Shown piece after piece: positions 38,027 through 51,400 of a DNA stretch of 64,000 nucleotides. The notes below the pieces were generated by a model. It was not told the origin of the DNA, did no database searches, and saw nothing but the letters and a program-made list of their open reading frames with translations. This DNA comes from Prorocentrum cordatum. Taxonomy: Eukaryota. Every line of letters starts with the position of its first letter. Positions within the stretch are counted from its first letter, which is position 1. Made by a program: the position numbers and the translations under genes. The stretch spans positions 1 through 64,000 of the forward strand of contig CAUYUJ010000074.1 of NCBI GenBank assembly GCA_963575745.1, read 5' to 3'.

Positions 38027-38220
38027 ATCTCTGGAAGCTCCTTCGGAAGCTCCTTCCGGGAGCGTCCAGGGCTCCTCCGAACAGCCTTTGGACGGCCCTC
38101 TGGTGCTCCGCTGTCCAGGTTATGGACCTCACGAGTCTCGATCCTGCTCCTCATGCGATCCTCGGCAGGTCGTTCTTCGGGCCCCGGGCCAGAAGCGGTG
38201 CTGGGCAGGCCCCGAGTGAA

Positions 38221-38373
38221 GTCGGCCGTGTCCCTCCACAGGAGGAATCTTCAAAACTAGTAAAGAAATAGTCTGGGGACGCTTTTTCTACTATTTTTGA
38301 ATATTTCTGGAGATTTGCTTCGACTATTTTAAGTATTTCGCCTCAAACCCCCCTGTAGAGGGACAGGCCCGAC
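38221..38373. mobile_element. MITE-like family F, copy 2 (intronic)
   Basis: Same TIR and core as 14815-14964. Confidence 0.8.
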
Positions 38374-38687
38374 CTCAGCCCAGAGATGAGACCCCGGGCT
38401 GTCTACGACTCTCCGTCGCGCCCTCCGCCTTCGAGGAAAATAAAAAAGCCGCACGGGCATGAACTCTCGGAGTTCCGCGCGGATTTTTCTGGGATCGGCG
38501 CTGGGGCCCCGCCCTGGCGGCGCCTCTGGCGCCGTCCCTGGCGCACTCCGCGCGCCGGGGGAGGGTGTCCGGCGCCGATGCAGGAAGTCTGCGCGGAGCT
38601 CCCAAAGTTGACGTTTAATGCCTATGCCGTTCCTCGTTTTTTTTTTTTTTTTTTTTTTGTTTTTTTTTTCTCTCTCTCTCTCTACGT

Positions 38688-38841
38688 TGATGGGCCTAAG
38701 TGTCCACCGCCACCACCATGAGCTTGAGGGGGGGAGGAGGTGGAGCACGAGGAGGAGGAGGACGAGGAGGAGGAGGAGGAGGAGGAGGAAGAACCCCTCC
38801 CCCTCCAACTTGTGGTGGTGGTGGAAAACGGGCCAATCATA
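38688..38841. mobile_element. MITE-like family I containing a GAG tract (related ends at ~12900 and ~13820)
   Basis: TGATGGGCC..CCACC ... GGTGGAAAACGGGCCAATCA. Confidence 0.55.
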
Positions 38842-39515
38842 TGTGACTCTTCCCCGAGATCCTGGCGTCGCATTTTTTATTGTTCCAGCTGGGAGCCGTC
38901 GCCCGGTCGCGGGCCCCGAGGCCCTCACCAAACATTGCTCCGGGTCGACGAGGCGGCGCAGAAAGTTGGGGTCCAGGCTTCCAGTCGTGGCTTTTCACGA
39001 TGCTGCACATTGCTCGAGACGTCGGATCTCAGGGTCTCTCTCTCTCGATTTTTTTTTGTTGGTTCTCTCTCTCTCTCTCTCTCTCCCTCTCTCTTCGACA
39101 TAGTGGCGCAGAAAGTCGGGGCCCGGGTTTCCAGTCGTGATTTTTCACGAGGTCGCACTTTTTTCGAGACGTCGGATCTCAGGGCCTCTCTCGTTTTTGT
39201 TTGTTTGTTTGTTTGTTTGTTTGTTTTTTGTTTTTCTTTTTTTTTTTTGTTTCTCTCTCTCTCTCTGTCGCGTTCTCTGTCTGGCTCTCTCTGTCTCTCT
39301 CTCTCTCTCTCCTGGAGGGGGGTGAGGTGGGGGAGGAGGGTGACAGTGAGAGACAGCGACCTCCCGCCACCGAGAATCTCCGCCGGGGTGGGCAGGCCCC
39401 TGGGCGGCGGCACGATCGGGCGTCGCCCCGTGCAGGACGGCGCTCCGGCGTGCCACCGCCCAGGGGTCGCTGGGAGGGGGGGGGGAAAAGGATAGGGGGA
39501 GGGGGGAAGGGTTAT

Positions 39516-39705
39516 GTCGGGCGTGTCTCCCTACAGGGGGATTCTCGACGAAAGATAAGAAAATGACCCCCAAAATACTCCCCAGAAGGTCAAAACAGAT
39601 CCAAAAAATAGTCCCCAGACTATTTTTTTTTTGATGATTTTTGATTATTTTGGGGGTATTTTTAATGGTTCGTCGAAAATCCCCCTGTAGGGGGACAGGC
39701 CCGAC
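39516..39705. mobile_element. MITE-like family F, copy 3 (intronic, inverted)
   Basis: Same TIR; core is the reverse complement. Confidence 0.8.
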
Positions 39706-39760
39706 TTAAGGGAACGGGGGGGGGTCAGACTCCGACGTGCCTTCGTGCATTCCCTCGGAG

Positions 39761-39838
39761 GCCAACGACCCTGCGAGCGGCAAGCCGTACTACTTCAACC
39801 GCGCAACCGGTGAGACGCGTTGGGAGCCGCCTCGGTGA
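39761..39838 (+). CDS. WW-domain protein, terminal exon D (ANDPASGKPYYFNRATGETRWEPPR*)
   Basis: Completes WW2; AG|G acceptor; TGA at 39836-39838. Confidence 0.85.
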   Translation, partial: ANDPASGKPYYFNRATGETRWEPPR

Positions 39839-40297
39839 GACTTGAGTGGTTCAGCGAGTTGCTAAACGCTTGCCTCACTGATCCGCCGTCTCCCCCGCAT
39901 TTCGAAAGCTTGTAGCCACGGCGCTTTGATTGTCCGACATACGTCGGCGATCCTCTGTGACGTGGCAGTTGATTGTGTGGCTGGTTGTTCGGAAAAAAAG
40001 GCAATGTTTCGACCAGCGTGCAGGTAGCATGTGCGCTTTGATCACCAAGTATTTAAAGTCATGGTGATAAGTCGTCGCTGCGATCATGATGACTGGCCCG
40101 AGGAATTATCTGTCTCGACCAGTCGAGAGCACCCTCGTGCTCCTTTTTCCCAGTCCTCCCGCCCTGGGTTCTCCTTTTGAATAGAGCGCTGCGGTCTCCA
40201 CCTTCCCGCCCCGCTCTCCTTCTGCCTTCTCCTCCTGCTCTCTACCTTGCGTGTACTTGTCTGCTGGTCTGACTATCTCGCCGCCCTACGTCACTTA

Positions 40298-40607
40298 CCT
40301 CGCCATCCCTGGGGGGCCGCGTTTTGCTAAACTGTCGCCACTTTCGAGGGGTGCTGGGGTCCAGCACAGTGACGCACCGTGGAAGACTCAGATTAGACTC
40401 GCACCTGGGGGGCTGCGGTCTGCGAAGCTGTCGCCACTTTCGAGGGCTGCTGGGGGGTCCGGCACAGCGACGTCTTACCGCAAACTCAGATTCGACCTTG
40501 CCATCCCTGGGGGGCTGCGAACTGCGAAGCTGTTGCCACTTGCGAGGGCTGCTGGGAGGTCCAGCCCAGTGACGCCCTGCGCGGACTCCGATTCGACCTC
40601 GCCATCC
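40298..40607. repeat. ~100-bp diverged tandem repeat, 3 copies
   Basis: CCTGGGGGG..GCGAAGCTGTCGCCACTTTCGAGGG recurs at ~40307, 40404 and 40505. Confidence 0.8.
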
Positions 40608-43600
40608 GAGGAGGAGGAGGAGGAGGAGGAGGAGGAGGAGGAGGGGCAGGAGCAGGAGCAGGAGAGGAGGAGGAGGAGGAGGAGGAGGAGGAGGAGGAGG
40701 AGGAGGAGGAGGAGGAGGAGGAGAGGAGGGGGAGGAAGAGAGAGGAGGAGGAGGAGGAGGGGAGAAGGAGGAGGAGGAGGCGCGCAGTGCGAATCGCGAA
40801 ACAGCCGCCGCTTCCGAGGGCTGCTTGGGGGGGTCCCGCGGAGGCGAAGCAGAGCTCGGGCGAAGCAGAAGGCAAGGCTAGACGTGGCTGGGACGGGCTG
40901 AGGCCGCCCTCCTCGCTTCTCCGCCTCCTCCTCCTCCTCCTCCTCCTCCTCCCTCCTCCCCTCCTCCTCCTCCTCCTCCTCCTCCTCCTCCTCCTCTCTG
41001 GCTACGGCCCCTGTGGGCTCAACATGCACCCGGGGCCTCGGAGGCCCCCCGGCGCCCGCGGCGGGCCCCGCGGGGCGGCCGACGGGGAGCCGCGCGGCCC
41101 GACGTTGCGGTGGCGCGGCGGAGCCCCCGCGCCAGCGGCGGGCGGCGCAGCGCTGCCTCACGGCCGCGAGGAGGCGGTGCCCAGCGCGGCGCGGGTGGAG
41201 ATGGCCAGCGGGGCGCACCGCATGGTCGCGCTCGTGCCCAGGATCGTCGGGCTCGTGGCGGCCACCATCCTCCGCAGTTGGGCCAGAGGTGCTGCACGGG
41301 CGCTTCCGCAGGCAGGCGGCAGTGAGGAGGGTGCGGGGTGTTGCTGGAGGTCGAGAGAGGTGAGGCGCACGGGGGAGGTTGGTTCGCCCGGCGCAGGGGG
41401 CCAAGAAGTGCGCCCGCGTCGGTTGCGTGTACCTGGGGCGAGTTCTTGGCGACGGAGTGTCGCGTTGCCCTTATCGCGACAACGGTGGCGTGGCGCCCCC
41501 GTCGGACGTGCCCCGCGCGTCGGTCCAGGGATTGCCAGAAAAACGTCAGGGTCCAATGAGGAGGAGCGAGGAGGCGCCGAGGGCGTTGACACCCAGGCCG
41601 AGTCAGGCTTTACCGCTGTCTGAGGAGCATGGTGGACGTCAGCGGCCTCGGCGCTCACGGACGAGAAGGGACCCGCGCGCGAGGTGAGGTTCGAAGAGAA
41701 CGAGCCCGCGGAGTGCCAGGAGGTGCCATCGTGGGGCCCCGCGCCGATCCCTCGAGGGCGGAGCTGGGTCTGTTGGCGAGGAGCGGGGCATCCGATGCTC
41801 GGAGGCGTCGCGGGCCCACCGCCTTCGGCATCGAGTGCTTGAAGAGCCTCGCGGCCGGCGGCCGTTCCTTCGACGTCGCGGAGTGGCTCCAGCTCTCGGG
41901 AGGGTGGGCGGGGCAGTCGGCAGTGTTGGTGGCGGAAGGTGCCGCTCGGCGCCTTTCGCCTGAGCAGGGGAGGCGGGGGCCGCCGGGGCGCAGTCGCAGC
42001 CGTGCCGCCAGGTTCTCAGCGCGTTCGCCAGCGCCGTTGGCGGGGCCGCCAGGGATTGGCCGCCCCGCCCCGCCGCTTATCTGCTGGACAGGAGGATGAA
42101 GAGCTGCGAAGGCGAGGGCGGCGAAAGGTCGGCTGTGAAGATTCCATGGAGGTCGGGCGCCCTGGGTGACGGGCCTGGCCCCTTCTGCCCTCGGCGGCGA
42201 CGCGTCCGCCCGCTTGTTGGCCGACGTCGCTCGCAGCTCGGGCGTTCGGAATACGCGTGGGGAGGACAAGAATGCGGGGCGCGTGGGCGCCCTCAAGTCG
42301 ATCACCAAGGAGGATAGTTTGAGGGTCTTGGCCGACAGGGCTGCCGCGGGCTCAAGGTGGCGGTTTGCCCCGACGATTTGGGGGCGCGCGCTCGTGAAGG
42401 CTCTCCTCTGCCAGGCAGAGCACTCAGCCGCCCCCTTTGAGCACCGCGAGTAGCCCATGTTGGTGAACTACCGGACTGCCCGCGGCCAGGCCACGGGCTC
42501 GTGGAGAGGAGAGCCGGTGATCACCGTGGCGAGCTGGGGCTGGGGGCGGCGGGCCGGGTCGCGTGCCCGGAGGAGCTGTTCGGCGACTCTGTTCCGCCCG
42601 TGGAGCTGAAGATCGAGGCGCGACCCAAGCTCCCGACGGACATACTCAGAGTGGGCCAAGCAGGCCTACAACGGCGTCTGGGTGGCGTGCTTGGTGCGTG
42701 GCGAGGAGCGTCGGGATGAGGTCGGAGGGCTCGGATGTCCTCTTCAGGCCACGCGAGGAGGGGCCGAGGAAGTGCACGAGCAAGCGCGTGCAAGATGCCT
42801 GGGAGGAGCTCAACTCGAGGTGGTGAGAGGTGCTCGACCGGGAGGTCAAGGACGTGGTGCGAGTCTGCAATGAGAACCAGCCCCGCGAGGGCGACTGCTT
42901 GTTCGCGGCCCTCGCGCCCACGGCGTCTGGCGAACCCTGCTCGACCTGCTGGGCGCCCTCGAGTTGGGCAGCCCCGCCGGCTGCTGCCAGACAGTGATCT
43001 TGGCCCGCTGGGGGCGCCAGGCCCTTGATGCGAATGCGTATTGGGATGGAGCTCATCGCGCACAGACGGCGAAGCCCCAGAGGGAGGATGCGAGGCTGGA
43101 GGTGGCTGAGGAGGCCCAGGCGCAGGTGGATCAGGCGCCCGCGTGGCGGGCGGACGCGGGCCGGGAAAGGGCGGTCCCATGCAGAGGGGGCTCTCGCTCG
43201 AGACTTCTCGATGTTCGCGCGCAGACGGAACTCCCTCTCGAGACCTCGCCAAGACCGACGCTTCAGGAGCCTCCAATTGATGACAGATACAGGATATGGA
43301 TGGCCCGCGCCCCATAGGGAGGGGACCCCCGCTTTAGACTTCCTTACGGTTCAATTACAGATGAGGCCTTGTTCGAGATTTTTCCATATCCACGCTTCAG
43401 GAGCCCAAATATGACGAAAGTCACGGGATGTCGAAGGTCCGTTCGGATCACTAGCGTGATCTGGCGGCCCCATACGTCGGAGGCTCCCGCATGAGATTCC
43501 TGACAATTAACTCACTGACGAGGCTCCCGCTCGAGATTCTCCAAATCCACGCCTCAGGCGCCCGAGACTGACGACAGTTGCAGGATATGGTTGGCCCGCC

Positions 43601-44059
43601 GGCGAGAGATGGCGGCCCCATGGGGAGGTGGCTCCCGCTTGAAAAGTTTCACCGTCCAAACAAACGAGGCTCTTGCTCCAGACTTCCCCAATATGCGTCT
43701 GTCACTGTGCGAGTGTGAATGAGAGTCTTCATGGTTGCGTGGGTACGAATGAGATGATGATTGTGCTGGTGCTCGTGTGAATGTGTATGAGTGATTTCGT
43801 GTGTGTGTGTGTCATGATGATGGTGGTCGTGGTGGTGATGATGGTGTGATGGTGGAAGATCGATGAAGGTGCATGTGAGTGCGATGATGGCGATTATGAC
43901 GATGATGATGATGATGACGATGGAGATGATGACGACGATGCGATGTTGATGGTGACGGTGATGATGGTGTGGTGGTGCAGACAAGGGGGTATGGGGTGAG
44001 GTCTGCGCAGGGGGTCCAGAGAAAACGCGACCCCCACCCAGGATATGGGGAACATCGCG

Positions 44060-44680
44060 TGCGCGGATGTGGGGGGCCCAACGTGAGCCGGGCGCGTGCG
44101 TGTTCTCATGTGTTCGCGGCCCCCTGAAAAAGGGGGCCAATTTGTAGTCGGCGGGTTTTACACACGTAACAGTACTTGCGCGGATTGGGGTGGGCCCAAC
44201 ATGCGCCTGGCGCGCGAGCGGGCCACGTGTTTTCACGTGTCTACGGCCCCCAAGGGAGGAACCACTGTCTAGTCAACGGGTTGATTCTTTACATGTAAGT
44301 GCGTGTGCGCGGAAAGGGGGGCGCAACATGCGCTTGGCGCGTTCGCGCGGGGGGCTTGTTCTCAAATGTCTACGGCCCCCAGGAGGGGATCCAGCTTCTA
44401 GTCGGCGGAGTTTTTGGCATGTGCAGCTGCGATACGTGCGCGGAGAGGGGTCCCCACCATGCGCGTGGCGCGTGCGAGTGGGGTATGTGTTTTGACGTGT
44501 CCACGTTCTCCCGGCGGGGGACCTGATTTCTAGTCGGCGGATTCTTCACACGTAAAAATAGCGTGCGAAGGGGGGGTGGGGCAATATGCGCCTGGCGCGT
44601 GCGCGCGGGCCAAGTGTCTTCATGTGTCTACGGCCCCCAGATGGGGGGCCCAGTTTGAGGGGGCCCAATTCTTTACACGA
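44060..44680. repeat. ~129-bp diverged tandem repeat, ~5 copies
   Basis: TCTACGGCCCCC anchor at ~44240, 44369 and 44627, with variants between. Confidence 0.75.
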
Positions 44681-44714
44681 CGCCAACCCTGCCAGCGACA
44701 TCCGTGCCCCATTG

Positions 44715-45025
44715 CCGTCGTCGTCGTCGTCGCCGTCGCAGTCGCCGTCGCCGTCTCCGTCGCCGTCGCCGCCGCCGCCGTCGCCGTCGTCATCGTCGTC
44801 GTCGCCGTCGTCGTCGTCCTTGTTCTCGTCGGTCGGCGGCGGCGGCGGCGGCGGCGGAGGAGGAGGAGGAGGAGGAGGAGGACAAAGAGGAGGATGAAGA
44901 GGAGGAGAAGGGGGAGGAGGCGGAGCAGGAGGATGAGGATGAGGAGGAGGAGGAGGAGGAGGAGGAGGAGGAGGAGGAGGAGGAGGATAAAGAGGAGGAT
45001 GAAGATGCTGCTGATGATGATGCTA

Positions 45026-45059
<34 letters not shown>

Positions 45060-46185
45060 GGAGGAGGAGGAGGAGGAGGAGGAGGAGGAGGAGGATGATG
45101 ATGAGGAGGAGGATGAGGATGCCGGGAACCGCTGTACTTTGCTGTCGTCGTCCTGGTCGGCCCTCCACGTCGTCGTCTTCCTGGTCAGCGGGGGCCGCCA
45201 CGCCTGGGCGGCAGAGGCGACGACGACGGGAAAGGGGGCGAGGTCGGGAGAGCGAAACAGGGGAACACAGGAGAACGAGAGAGGGAGAGTGAGAGAGAGG
45301 GGGAAGGGGGAGGGGGAGGAGGAGGGCGAGTAGGAGGAGGATGGATGAGGAGGAGGGGGAAGGGGTTGGAGGAATGGGAGGGGGATGAGCAGGCCGAGGC
45401 AGGCGATGAAAAGGACAACGAAGAAGAGGAGGAACGCGGACGAGCGACAACGAAGGACAGGAGGCAGGATGATGATGTTTCTGCTGCTGCTGCTGCTGAT
45501 GATGATGCTGATGCTGATGCTGATGCTGATGCTGCTGCTGATGATGAGGATGCTGATGCCAATGATGAGGATTATGCGTATTACGAGTACTTGTGCGATT
45601 CTATATATATATGTATAACACAGATAATCACATACATATCATGATCGTGTGCAGTACCAATGTGATTATGATTATTATTACTATTAGTTTGTTCCTTATT
45701 CGTGTCATTCTGTTGATGATGATGATTAGTTCTGACATTCGCATTCTAATCATTACTAATCATATTATGTTGTTCATATCATTACAACTATATTCTTTAT
45801 CATGGTGCTGTTGAAGATGCTGATTGGGTGATGATAATGATGATGCTGCTGATGCTCATGATGGTGATGATGCTGATGATGCTGATGCTGATGAGGAGGG
45901 TGATGATAATGATAACGATGCTGCTGATGATGCTGCTGATGATGATGCGGATGCTGCTGATGATGGTGATGATGATGATGATGATGAGGAGGCTGATTCT
46001 GCTGATGATGGTGATGGTGATGCTGAGGATGCGGATGCTGATGCTGCGGATGATGGTGATGATGACGATATTGATGATGCTGCTGCTGATGATGCTGACG
46101 AGGATAAGGATGCCGATGACGATGAGGATGTTGCTGCTGATGATGATGATGATGATGATGATGCGGTTGTTGATGCTGATGCTAC

Positions 46186-46232
<47 letters not shown>

Positions 46233-47582
46233 ATGATGATGATGAGGTGGATGCTGCTGATTATCACGATGTTGATGATGATGCTGATGATGATGATGAT
46301 GATGCTGATGCTGATGCTGATGCTGAGGATGCTGATGCTGATGATGCTGATGATGATGACGCTGCTGCTGACGATGATGCTCATGATGCTGATGCTGCTG
46401 ATCATGATGATTATGATGATGCTGATGCTGATGCTGATGCTACTGCTGCTGCTGATGCTGATGCTGCTGATGATGCTGATGATGCTGATGCTGATGATGC
46501 TTCTGGTGATGGCGATGATGCTGGTGATGCTGATTATGATGTTGCGGATGAGGATGATGACTGTGTTGTGGATGCTGATTTTGCTGCTGCTGCTGATGAT
46601 GATGACGGTACTGATGATGATGATGATGCTGATGGTGCTGATGTTGATGGTGATGATGCTGTTGCGGATCTTGATGATGATGCTGCTGTTGCTGATGGTG
46701 ATATTGATGATGACGATGATGATGATGCTGTTGCTGATGATGCTGATGAGGCGGATGCTGCTGATTGTCATGCTGCTGATGATGATGCTGATGTTGATGA
46801 TGATGCTGATGCTGATGCTGATGCTGAGGATGCTGATGCTGATGATGCTGATGATGATGATGACGCTACTGCTCATGATGATGCTGCTGGTGCTGATGCT
46901 GCTGATGATGATGATTATGCTGATGCTGATCATGATGATGCTATTGTTGCTGCTGATGCTGATGCTGCTGATGATGCTGATGATGCTGATGCTGATGATG
47001 CTGATGCTGCTTCTGGTGATGACGATGATGCTGGTGATGCTGATGATGCTGATGATGCTGTTGCTGATGATGCTTCTGGTGATGGCGATGATGCTGGTGA
47101 TGCTGATTATGATGATGATGCGGATGAGGATGATGACGGTGTTGTTGATGCTGCTGCTGCTGCTGCTGATGATGATGACGGTACTGATGATGATGCTGAT
47201 GGTGTTGATGTTGATTGTGGTGATGCTGTTGTTGATCTTGATGATGCTGCTGCTGCTGCTGATAATGAGGATGACGATGGTGATGATGCTGTTGCTGATG
47301 GTGGTGGTGGTGATGACGTTGATGCTGCTGATGCTGATGCTGATGCTGTTGATGATGCTGTTGATGATGCTGCTGATGATGATGCTGATGATGCTGATGC
47401 TGATGATGATGCTGCTGATGATGATGCTGCTGCTGATGATGATGATGATGATGATGATCCTGATGATGATGCTGATGATGATACGGATGATGCTGATGAT
47501 GATAATGATGATGACGATGATGATGATGACGATGATGCTGCTGCTGATGATGATGATGATGATGATGACGATGCTGATGATG
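44715..47582 (+). repeat. (GTC/GCC)n, (GAG)n and a long degenerate (GAT/GCT)n tract
   Basis: Read directly; internal duplication ~46490-46700 vs ~47070-47260. Confidence 0.9.
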
Positions 47583-47914
47583 TTAAACTCCCAACCCGAG
47601 GGACGCGGTCTCAACCCTGGAAACCTGAGCTCTCACCAACCCTGGAACGGCTGTTCCCAAGCCCTGGAAAGGCTGTCCCCAACCTTGGCAACAGAAGTGC
47701 CGACCATTGGAAACGGAAAGGCCGAGCAGTGGAAACGGAACCGGCAAGGTGTGCAGGGGTAGTTACATGGGAAGCGTTCTGGGTCGGATATCCGCAGTTT
47801 GAGTGAGGTATCGTAGACTTTTTCGAGTGCTTGGTGTTCGGCTGGGTTGGGGTTCTTCATGAGAGGGCGGTGTGTTGTAGTGGCGTAAGGGTTTTGGGAA
47901 GAAGCCGAGGGGGG

Positions 47915-48470
47915 GTCGAGGAGGAGGAGGAGGAGGGGGAGGAGGAGGAGGAGAGGAGGAGGGTGAAGGCGGAGGAGGAGGAGGAAGGAGGAGGAGGAGA
48001 GGAGGAGGAGGAGGAGAGGAAGAGGGAGGAGAGGAAGAGGAGCAGGAACAGGGAGGAGGAGATGAGGAGGAGGAGGAGGAGGAGGAGGGAGGAGGAGGAT
48101 GTAGGGAGGAGGAAAGGAGGAGAGATGGAACAGGAGGAGGAGGAGGGAGATGAGGAGGAGGAGAGCAGAAGGAGGAGGAGGAGGAGGAGGACAGAAGGAG
48201 GAGCAGGAACAGGAGGAGGAAGAGGAGCAGGAGGAGCAGGAGGGGAAGGAGGAGGAGGAGGAGGAGGAGGAGGAGGAGGAGGAAGAGGAGGAGGACAGGA
48301 GGAGGAGGAGGAGGAGGATGAGGAGGAGGTGCAGATGGAGGGTGGGGGAATGGGGAGGAAGAGGAGGATGAGGATGAGGAGGAGGAGGAGGAGGAGGATG
48401 AGGAGGAGGAGGAGGAGGAGGAGGAGGAGGAGGAGGAGGGGGGGGAGTGGAGGACGAGGAAGACGAGGAG
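47915..48470 (+). repeat. (GAG)n polypurine tract (also 52135-52352)
   Basis: Read directly. Confidence 0.9.
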
Positions 48471-49749
48471 GATGTAGGACGACCCACCGACCGATCTACC
48501 GACGACGACGACGATCCCCCGACAGCGGACGACGAAGACGGGTACGCGCTCGCGGGTGGCGGAGTTAAACATCGTGGACAAGAGGCGCATCCAACCTACT
48601 GCGTCCAAAACCAATCCCGACGGCCGCGACCATTGCGTAATCTAGAATCGCAGCAGCGACACAATAATCAGGGAAATAAGTAAGCTAAAAAAGGGAAATG
48701 ACAAAACCGAACTCGGTGATTTCCACGCCCACAAGCCTGTTGGTGCCCCGCCGAGGAAGTCACTGGACTAGGTCGGAGCAGCCCGGTCTTGGGCCCCGTT
48801 GCAACGTCTCCGTCGCATCTAGCGACCTCATCGGAGCCTTTTTTTCCGCGTTTGCTGCCAGTGTCGAAAGCCGTTTGCCAAAGACAGGAATCCAAGTGAT
48901 AGTTCGGATTGACGTCTTGGGGGTCTTTGACTAGAACCATCGCGCGCGCGCTTCGCCCGCGCTCACCTTAAACGTGCCATGGGACCAAGGATATAGCGCG
49001 TCAGACGGGCTGTGTCCGGATGAACGAATCGTTGGCTTGGAAGCGCACGCCTTGGCCGCTGAAGTCGCACTTAGTCTTGGTACTTACGGCAGTCTTGAAC
49101 CACATTTTGGGTCATTTGTCCTGGGCCTTCCTTCTGGTCAATGTGGGCCTCAGGGGCTATCTTAAATTTATGCGTTCGCAGCGCATATAAACTTCAGACA
49201 AGAAGACAAGGCACGTTGGGTTGGAATGCCTTTGGAATCTTACTTTTGTGGTCCTCTTGGATATCCTGTGTGGGCACTCTGGCGGCTTCGCCAGCCCTCG
49301 CTGTACTGCTGCAAACTGTGTGGGGCAGCCTGGGAGCCTCCTGGGACCGTCGCGAGGCCTTCTGGGAACTTCTGCACCTCTCCGGGGACCTCCTTGGTCA
49401 ACTCATGAGGGTCCTGGAATGCCCACAAAGGAGGGGCGCCACTTAGGGGGCCCTGGGTGCCGCGTGCGTGCTGCGGCCTGTGGCCGCCGGGGCCCTGCGG
49501 GCCAGGTTTTCCAACCGCTCCGCCCTGGTTCGGTGATTTCGTCGGCTGTGTGGCGGCGGGGGGGCGCGTGGGGAAATCGCCGAATTAGGGTCTCACCTTT
49601 GTTTTTCTTTGTTCCTCCTCCTTCTCTGTCTCCCCCCTCCTCTCTCGTTTTCGCGTTGCCTGTCTGTCTGTCAATGCAGTCTGCCTGTCTCCATTTTGCC
49701 TGCCTGCCTGTTTGTCAGTGTCGGGTGCGTCAGCGTACGTGTGAGTGTA

Positions 49750-49796
<47 letters not shown>

Positions 49797-50224
49797 ATGT
49801 GTGTTAGCATGTGTGTGCGTGCGTCTTGTGGTAGTTTTCTCTCGCTCTTTCTCTCGCTCCCTATATTCTTAAACGTAACTACATAGATACAATGATATTT
49901 CGCACTTTCAGTAAGGTTTGGTATGTTCCCCCCCCCCTGTCGCTGCCATTTATAGTTTATATATCGTATCCCTCTGTCTCTCTCTCTCTCTCTCTCTTCA
50001 CGCTTTCTCTTTACTCTAGGTTTCTCTGTGTGCTTTTCCCTCTCTTCCTTTATCCATCTCTCTCTATACATCTCAATATGTCTCCCGTTCCCTCTTATCA
50101 GTCTCTGGCGCTCTCTCTCTCACCCTCACTATCTTTTTGTTTTCTCTCTCTCTCTCTCTCCCTCGCTTTCCCACTCTCTGCCTCTCTCTTTCCCTCTCTG
50201 TCTCCCTCTTTCTCCCACAGCGTG

Positions 50225-50640
50225 ACACGTTTCACTCTAATTTGGTGATTGTGGGCCCGGTCTGAATCCACCAGGCAACCAGCGGAAACCACTGTTCTAG
50301 GTCGGTGGTTGTCTGCGAAATAAAGGCTCGCACAGGTGGTTCGACCTCATTTGGTGATTTTGGATTTGGTTGGAAGCTACTGGGCTCCTGGTGGAAATCT
50401 TCGTTCTATGTCGTTGGTTGTCTGCAAACAGATGGCGTGCACAGGCGGCCCGACTTAATTTGGTGATTTCTGGTCTGCCCGGAATCGCACCAGCAACCGA
50501 CAGAAGTGACAGTTCCAGGTCGGGCGATGTTTGCCAAGAGATGGCGTGCACACGGAGTCCGGTTTCATTCGGTGATTTGGGGTTCGTTCGGAGCCTATCG
50601 AGCAATCGGCAGAGATCTATGTGCTTAGCGCCATTTGCCA
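50225..50640. repeat. ~109-bp highly diverged tandem repeat
   Basis: ATTTGGTGATT-like anchor at ~50240, 50349, 50458 and 50567. Confidence 0.6.
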
Positions 50641-51359
50641 CGCCGGGCAACGGGCCTCCTCTTCCCCCCCCTCCTTCGGATGCAACTCCTGGGAGGTCAA
50701 ATTCTGATTTTGCCCTGGTCCGAAATCTGGCTTAATCCAGGTTACTCCCGCTTAATCCCGCTTAATCCCGTTAAATCCCGCGGAATCCCGCCTAATCAGG
50801 CTTAATCCCGCTTGCTGCGATGCCCAATCTGGCGTAACAGCGCCCCATTGGGGCTTCATCCTCCTTAGTCCTTCCGACGAAGACCTCCCAGTAGTTGCCT
50901 CCTAACCCTCCTCCTCCTTCTCTTCCTTCTGCTCCTGCTGTGCTTTCCAATTGCTCGGGGCGCCCGCCGCTCGGCGCCGGCGGGGCGCGCCGAGCCTGGC
51001 GTCATCCGCCGTGCTGGGCAGGGAGGCCTCCTCTTCCTGTATTCCTCCTCCTCTTTCTCCTCCTCCTCCTCGTCCTCCTCCTCCTCCTCCATCTGCCGTG
51101 CTTTCCAATGTTCAAGGGGGGCTTCCAGGGTTGGGCCTTTCCCTTTTCCAGGGTTGGGCTATTTCGCTACGGGCACCCTTTCCAGGGTCGGGCTGTTCCT
51201 TTTCCAGGGTTGGGACTTTTCCTTTTCGTTTTCGGCTTTCTGGTGCTCCGCCCAAAATTTCCAGGGTTGGGACACCGACCATGATGATGCTGATGATGAT
51301 GATGACGATAATGATGATGCTGCTGATGATGATGATGATGATGATGTTGATGATGATTC

Positions 51360-51400
<41 letters not shown>

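Noticed and set aside
45800..47806. 660-aa Asp/Ala-rich, poly-Met and poly-Ile ORFs
   Set aside because: These are translations of degenerate (GAT)n. The same applies to 19.8-21.1, 29.6-30.5, 34.5-37.1 and 60.5-61.8 kb.
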